DNA of 64,000 bases from Phoronis australis. Lineage: Eukaryota > Animalia > Phoronida. The position numbers were made by a program, and so were the translations under genes. Shown here one piece after another: positions 1-10,949 of the stretch. Under the pieces are notes generated by a model. That model was given only the letters and a program-made list of their open reading frames with translations. It ran no database searches and was not told the DNA's origin. The stretch is taken from positions 562,460-626,459 of the forward strand of contig NMRA01000006.1 in the NCBI GenBank assembly GCA_002633005.1, read 5' to 3'. Position 1 is the stretch's first letter. The number at the start of each line of letters is the position of its first letter.

Positions 1-359
1 AGTATGTTGCCAAGAGGTTGACAAGGTTGTTGCAAAACTTGATGAAGAAATGAAGCGTGACAACTAACACAGAAGAAAAAATGTATTGTGGAGCATGGGG
101 GTTTAAACCTGTATACATCAATCGTGGTGTTTTGGAGACTGCATGGTTGCAGTACAAAAGCCAATATCCTGATGGCTATGACAGACCCTTGGATAAAAGG
201 ATTTGACACGTGGCCTACAGACAGTTCCAAAGATGGGTATACGGTCACTTAGGACGAACAGTCCGTGTTGTCATTCCAGCATGCGCAGTAGCCTGCATCA
301 GAGCTTTCTACCCTCCGCCAGGAAATGAGGAAGACTTTGAGTTTCAAGGATTTTCTTAA
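1..359 (+). pseudogene. P2X7 C-terminal (ballast)-like / KolX-like protein, disrupted
   Basis: Manual translation across frameshifts and stops: VCCQEVDKVVAKL...KCIVEH/GFKPVYINRGVLETAWLQYKSQY...DKRI*HVAYRQFQRWVYGHLGRTVRVVIPACAVACIRAFYP...FQGFS*. The CC.E, AYRQF..W..G.LG...R..IP.C.V..IR..(F/Y)P and terminal GF motifs match my recollection of P2X7-ballast-like proteins. 5' part lies outside the window. Confidence 0.85.
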
Positions 360-1454
360 AATTTTCACCCATTTATAGATATCAACAGTTGTCTTAGCCC
401 TGGAATGCCAACTCCTCCACATGACCTATGTATTCTGTTATAAAAACTTGTGACACGGGGACTAGTTTTATGTAATTCAAACGAGTTGCAAAAAGTTGTA
501 GTGACAAATTCCACAGAAAGATCAAACATCGTAATAAACGAATGCAATCGCAGTGCGACTTCAGCGGCATGAAATTGAAGTAGGCATTCCATGAATAGAC
601 TTCTGTGGTTTCAGAATGGTAAATAATTAACACAGCGAGCAGCATTTATTGATGCTCATCAATTTGGTTACTTATAATAACATGGTCACGACAAGTGTAA
701 TTTAACTAGGACTACATTATAAACCTCTAAACTCAACATCAGTTGAACTTATGGATTACCTAGGTAAACAGAGGAATTGGTCTCATTGGAGCCCAGTTTG
801 TGTGCTTGAAGCGAACACATTGAACACTATGGCTGTTACATAAAAAATGAAAAGTTTTGAATCTGGGCCATAGTCTGAAGTCGAGACTGAATCTTCTGCT
901 CTCTTCTTATACAGTAGAACTCTCTAAATTGGTAGCGCTTCAGTGGGAACTTTTAGAAAGGTTAGCATTAATTCCGCAGCAACGCCTCCAAATAACTCTA
1001 ACTTTGATGAAATATCTCAGTCTTACTGGATACAACTTAGCGAGTTCTACTGTAATTCAATGAGAAATCAAATAACACGACACAGCAACCACTGAATCTC
1101 AACCCAAAAGCTCCAGTATGCAATAGCTTTAGATGTCTATGACATGGTGTGAAAACACAAAAAGTATGCACATGAGTAGGAATTGGTAAATCTGGAGGGA
1201 GTGCTTATACCACTCACTCAAAAATTCCCAAGACAATGTTTGAATTCTGTGCAAGTGATTATTCTGTGTACAATTTAGATGAGATTGTGGCACGAAAAGA
1301 CTGACGACCCAAACAAGTACCTTTTCACCCCACTTAAGAAAGTCTTCCTTTACCGACACACTGTATGGGACTACAACAGTTTAATGCAATCAAATACACT
1401 TAAAAAAGCTATGCCGCAATATTAATAGTCATTGTATTGAAGAATCATTGAAAT

Positions 1455-1598
1455 GAGGATCCAGAATTTTGAGTTAGGGGGGCCAGGGCACGGTATTAGC
1501 CAGTATTTTGCCCGTCAGACATTCCCACCCCCAAACAGTCAAATGGAATCTGGGAGAATTTTAGGGGGGGCATGGCCCCCCTCTAAATCTGCCACTAG
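1455..1598. repeat. Short GGATCCAG...GGGGG...CCCC...GCCACT MITE-like repeat family; related copies ~3340-3477, 26898-27023, ~35700-35790, 46745-46835, ~58084-58225
   Basis: Shared termini of the CAGTGGCGGATCCAGG / GATCCGCCACTG type and G/C-run interiors. Confidence 0.6.
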
Positions 1599-2418
1599 TT
1601 TCAATATAAGAACATAGTATATCACTGGGTTCATCTATACAAATGGGACAGCCAAATACAACACACAAAAGCTTTTCACAATTTCCACTACTGGTACTAT
1701 AAACACTCAGGCATTGCTATCTGTACCACTATCAAAAATTTGATCTAAAACATTGGTAGTGACTGTCAAATATGTGTCGGAAAGAAATTCCAGTGCTGTC
1801 CATTGACAAAGCACCAAGTCTGAATTTGTCTGTGCCACGGCATCCTCCTTGGACACATCTGGAGCACCAGCAGTCGGCATTGGAGGGGCATCGATTTCTA
1901 AGCGAATTTCAAGAACTCCAGCTTCTCTTTTGTTCCGCACAAGGTGGAAGGTGTTCTCCTTTCATTTACATACTCTGAAAAGCTCAACAGCGGCAATTCA
2001 ATAGTAAAAAAAAAAACATTTTGAATCCAGAGTTGTCCATGATTAAAGTAAAACACGATGATATCTAATTGCAAGTTTTCGCCTTCTTTTATAACCTTCA
2101 AGCAAATGCCAAAACTAGATTTTAGTCCTTTTTTTGAAACAGACTACTTTAATAATCAAAACCTTGGAATTGAGTTACCATCCTGTTTTTCTTTATTCAT
2201 AGTCTGCATTCTTTTCAAAGTACATGCATCTTTTGAGATCAGCTTTATTTGTTGTGGCTTTTAGTTTTACTGATCCATTTATAACTAAATCTTTCACGGA
2301 AAAACAACAGATTTTAAACACTTGAGAACTACGGTGATTGTGAAAAAAGATTGTTATTGTTCAGGCCCTGCGAAAGCGTCATGAATTATTAGACATCAAA
2401 ATTCTCAAGGTAACTTAC

Positions 2419-2666
2419 CTTTTTATAAGACCAGCTTTAACCTTCATGATGTGTTTGTCGTCAAAGCAGCCGTCCTCAAAATGGTCGGAGCATATTTCGG
2501 CTCCGACAGAGGGCTGACTCGACAGTCATTTTCAAAAGACGAGGAGAGCACACGTAAACCTGCCATTACGGAGCCAGATGCTTGTCTTTTTAGAATTTAA
2601 ATGCGCTCATGCCTTCCACCTGGGTGGTGTTAAAATAGTTAGCACATACACACACCGATGCACCAT
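2419..2666 (-). pseudogene. Degenerate THAP-domain first exon (transposase N-terminus)
   Basis: Minus strand reads MVHRCV/CANYFNTTQVEGMSAFKF*KDKHLAP*WQV.../AEICSDHFEDGCFDDKHIMKVKAGLIK then AG|gtaagt. This fits the C2CH THAP pattern (C..C...F.FP.D...W...ICS.HF...F) with stops and frameshifts. Confidence 0.8.
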
Positions 2667-2933
2667 GGCTAAAACACGCCAAGGTTGAACGGTCTTTGTT
2701 CTTCGTGTACTGTGATATAATAGCAGTGAACTGCATTGTGGGATGTGATCTGGTTTGTGTTCCCCAATACCATGTCACGGTGTCAAAGGTCAACTTTTCG
2801 CGCGTTTTCTTATTTTCACTTTTTTTAAATAACTAAAGATACAATAATACGATGATTTGAATAAAATACATCCAAATAGTAATACCTTGAAGATATTATT
2901 GCAATTTAACATACTTGGACCTTGTAAAATACA

Positions 2934-3710
2934 CTTAACTTAAGACGATTTCCAAAGCAATCCTGTCATTTTTGCCAACACGAAAAACGGATTTGGTCTT
3001 TTGGGCATTTGAAGACTATTTTAAATACAACAAATTTGTTAAGAACCGATTGCACAAAATATAGAATGTGTAATAAGCATTACAAAAAGAAGTAGGTTTC
3101 GCGCGCAAACGCTGTGGACCATAAACAAGTAGGTCTCTTGTTCTAAGGTTAGTAGCTAAGTCGTGATGGTGTAGTGGTAAAGCACGCGCTCTCTATCCGT
3201 CAGGTCGTGAGTTCGACTTTCTGGAACTTTCAGGTTTTCCTGTACGACACGTTCTCCGTGTTTGTTGTTGCCTGTTTTTCTTGGATAATACTTCAGGAAC
3301 CAAGGAAAATGATTGATTTTTAGAGGAAAAAACAGAAAAATTTCCTGGGCGGAAGGGGAGCCCCCCTCCCGACCTCCCCCCATTCGGTGCTATGCTCATC
3401 TACAATCGTGGTTTGCGCAAATGCTTACAGCCGGACAAAATTTTGGGCCTCCTTGTGATATCCTAGATCCGCCACTGAAATTACTCCATTTTTTAAAGAA
3501 AATGGAAGCTGACGGAGTGATGATGAAAAAACAGAAGCTGCTCAGCTGGTAAGATGTCAATTTTAATCGAAGCCTTAGTGAATCACTCAGAAACTCATAA
3601 TTCTCTCTTTGCCAAACCTTAACTTAAGACGATTTCCAAAGCAATCGCGTCATTATTGCCAACACAAAAAACGGATTTGGTGTTTTGGGCAATTGAAGAC
3701 TATTTTAAAT
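2934..3710 (+). repeat. ~93-bp direct repeat pair (2934-3027 and 3618-3710)
   Basis: CTTAACTTAAGACGATTTCCAAAGCAATC...GAAGACTATTTTAAATA occurs twice with a few mismatches. Confidence 0.9.
3157..3230 (+). repeat. tRNA-derived SINE head / pseudo-tRNA
   Basis: A-box-like TGGTGTAGTGG and B-box-like GAGTTCGACT at tRNA-like spacing; no paired acceptor stem. Confidence 0.5.
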
Positions 3711-4659
3711 AAAGAAAATCGTGTGTGTCAAACTGTGGTAGATTTTGTGACCTAAAACGCCCTTTGGGAAAAATGTTGAATTGGATAGACATGTTGGGAT
3801 TACTTGCTTTGCACCAAAAGCCGTTGTGTCTTTGCGATTTGATTACAAATCGCCAATTCAAGCGGCTGTCTACCAAACATTCACTGAAATCAAGGCTTGT
3901 GATATTACTAGCTAAATGTCAAATATTCTGTGCCTGACAATTACGTTCTGATTGCTATTAGGCCTACCACATCCTTCGCACATGCAAAGTTTCGTAATAC
4001 TCGGTCGAACTCCGTCAGTTTTCGAGGCCACTACGGCTCGGTGCTGGTGCAGAACAACACGAAGGCGGAGACCGGATCATGTGACGACGCTCACAAAAAT
4101 TTCTTTTCTATTTTTTATTTTTTGCGTTTATTTCTTGATTTAAAGTACACAAATTGAAGTGGAAATACTTAAAATGTCGTACTAAAATTGTTGGTATCAG
4201 AATTCAAGCAATCTTGGTTTTACCATTCACTTAATCTGAATTAACATGTGAAAAAAGTATTCATGTGGTAGCCTGCCTTTAAGTCAAGTATTTGCAATTG
4301 CAAATTTTTCTACTCATCATTTTATGATTGAGTTGGGTAGAAGAAACAATGTACCTGGACCAGACAGAACTTGTAAAGCTTGTAACGCCGATAAACTTGA
4401 AAAAGAGGATATACTTTTTGTTTGATTGTCTTGTCCTTGCAGAAATATCTATTACCACAATGAATTGTTAGAGATAGAAACACAAGGCACCAGGAGCTTC
4501 AGAATCTATGTATATTTTGAGATATACAGCATCCTTCATTCAACAAGCAATGGCAATTAGAAACGGAACTATGAGTGTTTGATGAGGCAAGAGGATACTC
4601 TTTGTAAATTAATATAATTAACTGTGGAACCAATGTCCTATGAGTTTTGAAACCAACGG

Positions 4660-4692
4660 TTTGTTGTTATTGTTGTTGTTGTTGTTGTTGTT
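4660..4692. repeat. (GTT)n microsatellite
   Basis: Directly visible. Confidence 0.95.
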
Positions 4693-4970
4693 AAAACGCT
4701 ACTGTATGTCTTCGCTTGTTAGTCTTCGTTTCGTTGCGTCTGGGTTGATAAAATCAATGAGGTATATACACCCCATAGGATAAAATCCTCCGGGTTGCAG
4801 CAGGGAGTACAGTAAACCACAGTGTACTTTGTAGAAATGAGCACTACAGATTTTGGTGTGAGCGTTCACGTTGAAATACGCCAGATTTCTTTTAACCTTG
4901 GTAACCTTGGTGATCTACAGTAAAAGGAGTGGCTTATTGTCCTAGGTAATCCGAGAAAGACAGATCTTTG

Positions 4971-5220
4971 CATGCGCGCACCCAGCCTTCAGTATGGGGG
5001 CTCGAATTCTTGGCGATGTGGACCTTTTACTAACAAATTAGTTGGTCGACTAAAAAACAGTACCACTATCGGAGATGTACGTGCTGTGAATTGTGCGTTT
5101 GCACCTTTTTAGTGGACTTGTATCTCGTTTTCTCGGACTTTTCGTTTCTCTGTCGCGGTCCTTTTTGTCCACTTCGCCAAATGGGGGGCTCGTTCGAGAC
5201 CCCCCTGCGTATGCGCATGC
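4971..5220. mobile_element. Short MITE with CATGCGC(G/A) termini; second copy 23852-24083
   Basis: Both copies start CATGCGCGCACCCAGCCT, share TGGACCTTTTACTAA, TTTTTAGTGGACT and CCACTTCGCCAAA, and end in GCGCATG. Confidence 0.75.
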
Positions 5221-5620
5221 TTTGTACCTTTCTGACGAATTTTTCCATTCACCGCCACAACAAAAATGCGGCATCTTCGTACTGGCTGTACGGACACTTC
5301 CAACTTCATTTCGGTTCAACAGCTAACTCAGGTCAGGTGAAATCGCACGCACCCGTTAGCCAATTTGGTCTGTCGGAAGCACTTGACAGATTTCGCCGAG
5401 TTAACCTATTAAGACGTTTGATTGATTTGCATGCCAAAATTCGTCTTCTATAACCAATCAGACGTCTTAGCAGGTTCATTTGCCGGAACCGGCGAAGCCA
5501 GACACTGCCAGTAGTACCCGGGTAAGAATTACACGACCTCTTTAAGACTTTTTAGTGTTTCCTGTGGATTATTTTTTAGTTTGAAATCAAGTGAAAGAAG
5601 AAAATTGAGTCTATGATTAC

Positions 5621-5626
5621 TTTATT
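5621..5626 (-). terminator. Polyadenylation signal of the peptide gene
   Basis: AATAAA on the minus strand ~50 nt after the stop codon. Confidence 0.6.
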
Positions 5627-5675
5627 GTATCACAAAGGTGTACATATTCATGACATTATCTCATAGACTGTAGGT

Positions 5676-8600
5676 TTATTTGCCGAATTTATAGCAGCAG
5701 CACAGAATCGTATTTGGAGGGCACGAGCAATACTGTCGTCCACATTTGAATGAGCCACGTTTCTCAAGTTCAATTTTCTGGGCTGAAAAGTGAAGCATTA
5801 CCAACGTTAGCAAAGTACATGTACGTGGATTTAATGAACATTGCAATGACACGCCCAGGAAACCGCTGTAACAGGGTTTTCTCTCCCCCAGGAACTCAAA
5901 AACTCCTACCCGTGCGTACAAGTATTCGCACGGAGCATCACGGGGAACTGCAACGGTAACGGGCTAGTGCAGCGGTAACCAAGTACATGAGATGCTTAGT
6001 GAGGTCCATTTCCCTCACTCAATAATTTCCAGGCGTAGAGGGTGAAAACTTTGACCTGCCCAATCATAATGGGCGTATTGCTTGGACCGTTTTCCCACAC
6101 ATTTCCGAAAATTGATTAACAAATGCCTAGCGAAATATGTAGAAGAGATACGCATCAAAGTAACATTATCGACGAGAAAAGCATTTTTCTGAAATCAGCC
6201 TCACTGAGTGCGGAATCGAACAACGTACCCCGGGGTCAGTGTGTAACGGTCTGCTGGCTCAATATCTGGCATGGTATTTTAAGCTGAACATGGTTTCAAC
6301 AAATTTCTGGCAGACATTTTATCACAAAAACATCAAAAACGTTGTAGTTTTGTTGGACTGGAAAAGCCGAGGATTCCAAGAAGTCTGTCCTATTCTTCAA
6401 TTATTCCAAAAGAGTCGTTTTTGGCAGTACAATCGATAACGTCAAATCCGAAAGCTAACGCAAGGAAATCGCGACAGTGCAAGGTCACGCAAGTGTGTGC
6501 GAGATAACGCCATGTATTGTATGCGAAGCACGTTATCGCGCAAGCTTTTCTCGCTAATGATTTGCGTCTACAAAATTCAACTCCTCATTTGTCCTACTGT
6601 GAAGCCGGAGCCGTTTTTGTTTAAGGGGTGACCACACCAGTTTTTAAAATGCACTATATCAGCACACGCGTGACAACAAATACGTCACCATGCTCTTTAA
6701 AGTCCGAAAAATGATGCCATCAGATTTTCCAAATCAATTTATATTTTAATTGAAATTCAAGGTGTCACATTCTATAGAATTGTTTCTCTGTTTGTCCATA
6801 GATCCCTCTCCAGCAAAAGTGGTATAAACTGGCCGGCGCTCTTTTTCCGTGTTTGAAATTACTTTCTTCATGTTAAAGAGGAAGTGAGGCCCTCATTTCC
6901 TGTTTTCTAAAGTAATATAAATCCTGTGAAATTTAGGGACCCTGATGTTGACATCCTTGACTTTTTATTGATGTCCTCTCATGTTTAAGGACCGTTCTTG
7001 AAGGAAGGCCTACGAATTATGGACTTAACTGCTACTCTGCATTTAAATGATATAGCCTTTGTTTTAAAGTTCCCACTTGGAGGAGACCCCGAGCAATGGC
7101 CACTTTGTCACTCTATAAATCCGACATTGTCACCGAGCTACGCGGGAAAGTCGATGAAATTTCAAACTGACAAAAAGTCTCAAAAGAGGCGCCACTATTT
7201 CCCAATGTTCTCGCTGGTTCCTTGAGTGTAGAGAACACGCAGGTATCATTCAGTAGCACGTGTTTTATCAGTGGTTGATGTTACCTTGGCAGTCATTGGT
7301 TAGATTTACAACAAAGAAAGAAAATGTTTTAGCCTTGTCATGCAAGTGGCGTAACAGCAACTATTTCGTTTCTCCAGTAATGTTTAATAACCGCGTGCTT
7401 GAAGCACATACATGTACATGTACAATAAACACACATTTGGTTTTTATACTGTGTGAATACAGGAGAGCAACGTGAACAAAAGTCAGCGACAGTAGAAAAA
7501 TGCACTCCGAAAAGGCACAACTACAATTTTCTGAATCACATTTCTTGAACATAAATTAAGCACCAATTTGTCTGTACAACAGACCACATTTACACTTCCT
7601 CCATCCGATGGAGGAAGTGACTGAGTCATGCCAGTTGTTAGCGTAAAGCGTTACCAGTTGAAAATTCGAACAGCCAATCAGAAATGCCGGTGTAAAAAAT
7701 TAATGATACCTGCGTGCTCTTTACTCCAATGTTAAGCTCCTGGTTAATGAGGAGAAGGTGTACTTGTCCAATGTAAAACGTGAATTACATCAGGCGCTGC
7801 TAGCGAGTGAATAGTGCACAGACCTTGCGCATTGAAAATATGCAGAGTTGGTGGCCAATGTATGATAGCCCATGATTACAGTAAGACATAAATTTACCGT
7901 CTCTTGTCCCCAGGACTAGTGGCATGTCTTCAGTTTCCAGTTCAGTTAAACGTTCCACATCGTCCTGTAAACATAAATTAGATGACAATGACGAATTCGT
8001 TTTCCGAGGATGCAAGACGCTACACGCGAATGTCGACAAATAGGTCAGAACCATGCCCTCGAACCATTAAATCATACATCTACGTACAAACTGAAACATA
8101 ATGTATACAAGCAAAAAGAAGCATACGAATCGTCCGAATTAAAACCAGGCTTATTCTCATCGAATCGCTCGTAAGAACCAGACAAAAGGACGTAGTTCTC
8201 ACTGCGATGTACGTACAATAAAGTGGCGCGCGTATGCATTACATTTGTCCACGTCCGCAGCCTTATGGTCCTTAAACAGGATTCTGAGTGGTTTTAACGC
8301 TGTTTGATTCGAGGGATTTTCTAATAAACTTGGTTTATAACTGGGTAATTCGTTCCAAAAATCGTGACAAAAGGTGCAATACAATCATGCCAAACTCACG
8401 CGACAGCGTTTTAGCAGAACAATTGAGGCACAAGGAAATCTGTTTCCTTAACTGAAAAAGCACAGCTAGTAAATCTCGGTCAATAAAATTAAAATCTAAT
8501 AGCTTTGACAGAAATCTTAAGTAGATTTTTTTCTCTAATTTTCTTTGACTCATCGGTAGAAAGCATTAGTTGCTTCACATTTTTATCGTTATCAAACCGT

Positions 8601-10228
8601 GCGTTACTGAACAGCTTTTTGCACCATGGTCAAGTGCAAGCGACACCTTTGGGGCAACAGGAGACATATCTTTGAGCCAGATTGATTTCTAATGGTGTAC
8701 TTCAACAATGAATACTGATGGACCGAATTTTCGTGTTAAAAGGAGTTACCCAACGATCCTCTTGTTGATCCCCTTGAACAGGACCGGCGAGTGTTACGGT
8801 GGCAAAAGCAGCCACAAGGAGGAAAACAATCTGAAAATAAAACGTATTAAAGAAGGTTAAAAAGAAATCGTGTTGCAACCATTCGACGACTTGTCGCCAA
8901 CATCCCTCGCTGAAGAAAAGTATCTCATACTGCATGGAGCATTTCGGCACGTGTACCCATAGTACGAGAGTTAAGAGGAGCAGGTCTGGTCGTTTGTACT
9001 ACGGGTTTGGTGTCTGCTGGTCCGTAACTACAGTACAGAGGCACGGCTATGGAATTTGTTCACTCTTTGCAATATGGTGGCACTGTACTGTTAGACTGTA
9101 GCCGCGGGCATTTTGCACTGACTATACATTGAAAATTTGGGGTACGCCAGGGTTGGCGGAATTTTTAAGTTAAGAAGGTTCAGTGAATCTGGTTTGCTTA
9201 TTTCTGAACATGTTGGGAATGAGAAAAGTCCACTGGTTCGTCTATAGATACATTTTTCATCAAGATGGCGACCCCCTATAGTGTTTCTGCGTAGCAACTG
9301 AGAAATGTACTTTATCCCACGCGCGTTGAATCTGTCGAGGGAAATACGGCCATGAAATAAAGTTTTCCGTATTCACCTCCCGCACTACTTCAACAGCGAC
9401 CTCTGACATGTAAAGTTTAAAAGGTAGGTCAATGTCGACTCGACTTCTTCAGCCGGTTCGATAATCAAACTTTCCGAATAATAGTTTAAAATAATGCAGT
9501 TGCAACAGTGTAACTAACACTCGACATGCAACCAGGCTCTAAAAGTAAAATTTGGAACAAAACTGGTAATTGTAAGACACTTATGTCTCAGTTTTCAATT
9601 GCTGAATACTATATCGTCTGCAACTCAGGCGCCGATTCCTAGGAAATTAAAATATCAAATATTGTGCACGATCTTTGTTTTGTGTTGGCGATTAGAATGT
9701 AAACCGGCAATCACTTATGTTGCTCCAACATTGTTCAGAGGAAAATTAATATTCGTGAGTTCTATGGCCAATAGGGCTGGTTTAATGTATGAATGGGCTC
9801 ACAGACTTAGTACCGTGGATACGCCTAGTATGCATTCATCAGTTTCTTTGCTTCCCCGGAACCCACCCATTTTTTTAACTCAGCTCTATAGGGCAACAGC
9901 TTCGGTGAACTATGAACAAAACACATCTGCGAATCTATTGCTGCAAAAGAATTTTTCCCGGCATGTTGGCATTGCACTTATTTAGGACTCAGCAACGCGG
10001 CGCGGAACTTCGTTCGTTGTAACTCAATAGTCGTTATTCAGTGCAAATACTCAGGCGCGGGCTTCAAATACATGTAGACCAAGCACTGAATTCAGGAGTG
10101 CACCGAGTTCTGCCATACTACAAGCACGGCGAAGAATGGCCTACCCGCAACCACTATTGTATCTGCCGTACGGCGAGATAAATGCACTGTACCACAGTGT
10201 ACGTAAATGTACTTACCGCAATCTTCAT
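5676..10228 (-). CDS. Secreted cysteine-rich prepropeptide, 88 aa (toxin/antimicrobial-peptide-like); exons 10217-10228, 8750-8830, 7898-7964, 5676-5782
   Basis: Canonical GT-AG junctions with compatible phases (0,0,1) give MKIA|IVFLLVAAFATVTLAGPVQGDQQEDRW|DDVERLTELETEDMPLVLGTRD(A)|QKIELEKRGSFKCGRQYCSCPPNTILCCCYKFGK*. Hydrophobic signal peptide, acidic pro-region, KR site, six-Cys mature region and GK amidation signal. TATA upstream, AATAAA downstream. Confidence 0.85.
7210..7725. mobile_element. Non-autonomous TIR element in intron 3 of the peptide gene (short member of the 10950-12205 family)
   Basis: Starts CTCGCTGGTTCC; subterminal inverted repeat CACGCAGGTATCA / TGATACCTGCGTG; flanked by CCAATGTT direct repeats (7202-7209, 7726-7733); interior is the reverse complement of ~11250-11460 and ~12020-12150. 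Confidence 0.8.
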
Positions 10229-10288
10229 GTCGGCTGAAGTCTTGATGAAATGAGAGTTTATTGTGAAGATTAGGTGAATCGGCAGGTC

Positions 10289-10296
10289 TTTTTATA
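10289..10296 (-). promoter_or_regulatory. TATA box of the peptide gene
   Basis: TATAAAAA on the minus strand ~60 nt upstream of the ATG at 10228. Confidence 0.7.
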
Positions 10297-10319
10297 CCGT
10301 TTTCAACTTCTCACGGCAA

Positions 10320-10440
10320 TTACCAGTCAACAGTCATCAGCCCACATAAAGACGAAGGTAAATAAAAACTGTTTACTTGTCAACAGCCATCGACCCAAAT
10401 AAAGAAAAGAGTAAATAAAGATTGTTTACCAGTCAACAGT
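10320..10440. promoter_or_regulatory. ~53-bp tandem units rich in forkhead-type motifs
   Basis: GTCAACA at 10326/10379/10432, GTAAATA at 10358/10411 and TGTTTAC at 10370/10423, all with a 53-bp period. Confidence 0.55.
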
Positions 10441-10949
10441 GAACAACCATTCGTTTAATTTCAGACTTTTTGAAAATTATATAATCGGCGGCCATGTGTA
10501 CGAGAAGATGTGCAAACTAAGTTGAACAGAATTATACGAATTTTATATCAAACAATGCTTCAACAGTTCTTTGGAGCTTTTTCATAAAAACATTTCCATT
10601 TTTATGAGAGCGCGGGTTTCTTTTGCTTGATTCATTTTCGTAAAGCTCAGGCTCCGTCATTTATCATTTATATTCCCCAATCTCCCTTTGCCCGGCTTGT
10701 TACAATTCAGCCATGGTCCAAAGGCACCCTGGCAATAATTAGCGGTTATTATTATCACGTTATCTAGTTTTCAAAGCGGATACGGCCATTTAGGAAAGCA
10801 ATTTTGGTATAACTGGGTAAATTAGTCAAACACAGAAAACATTAAGAGGTTTTCAAAAACCATTCATCATGCTGTTTCTGACAGTCGTAGGAGGAATACA
10901 AACAAAGCGGACTGTCTGTTCTAGCTAGCTCGGCATTTCTGAAAATGTT

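Larger units (their letters stand above)
1..4282 (-). mobile_element. Decayed Kolobok-like DNA transposon (left end outside window)
   Basis: THAP gene on - and P2X7/KolX-like gene on + lie tail to tail. Candidate terminus ...GTGGTAGCCTGCCT|TTAA at 4278/4279-4282 (TTAA|AGG on the minus strand). No DDE core was recognised and the partner TIR is not visible. Confidence 0.6.

Noticed and set aside
1-359. Functional P2X7 receptor gene
   Set aside because: In-frame stops and frameshifts, no channel exons visible, and a transposon-like context
3157-3230. Functional tRNA gene
   Set aside because: A/B boxes are present but there is no acceptor-stem pairing or clear anticodon arm
5676-5921. 81-aa single-exon ORF as called by the track
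   Set aside because: Only 5676-5782 looks coding; the part upstream of the ttttcag acceptor is better explained as intron
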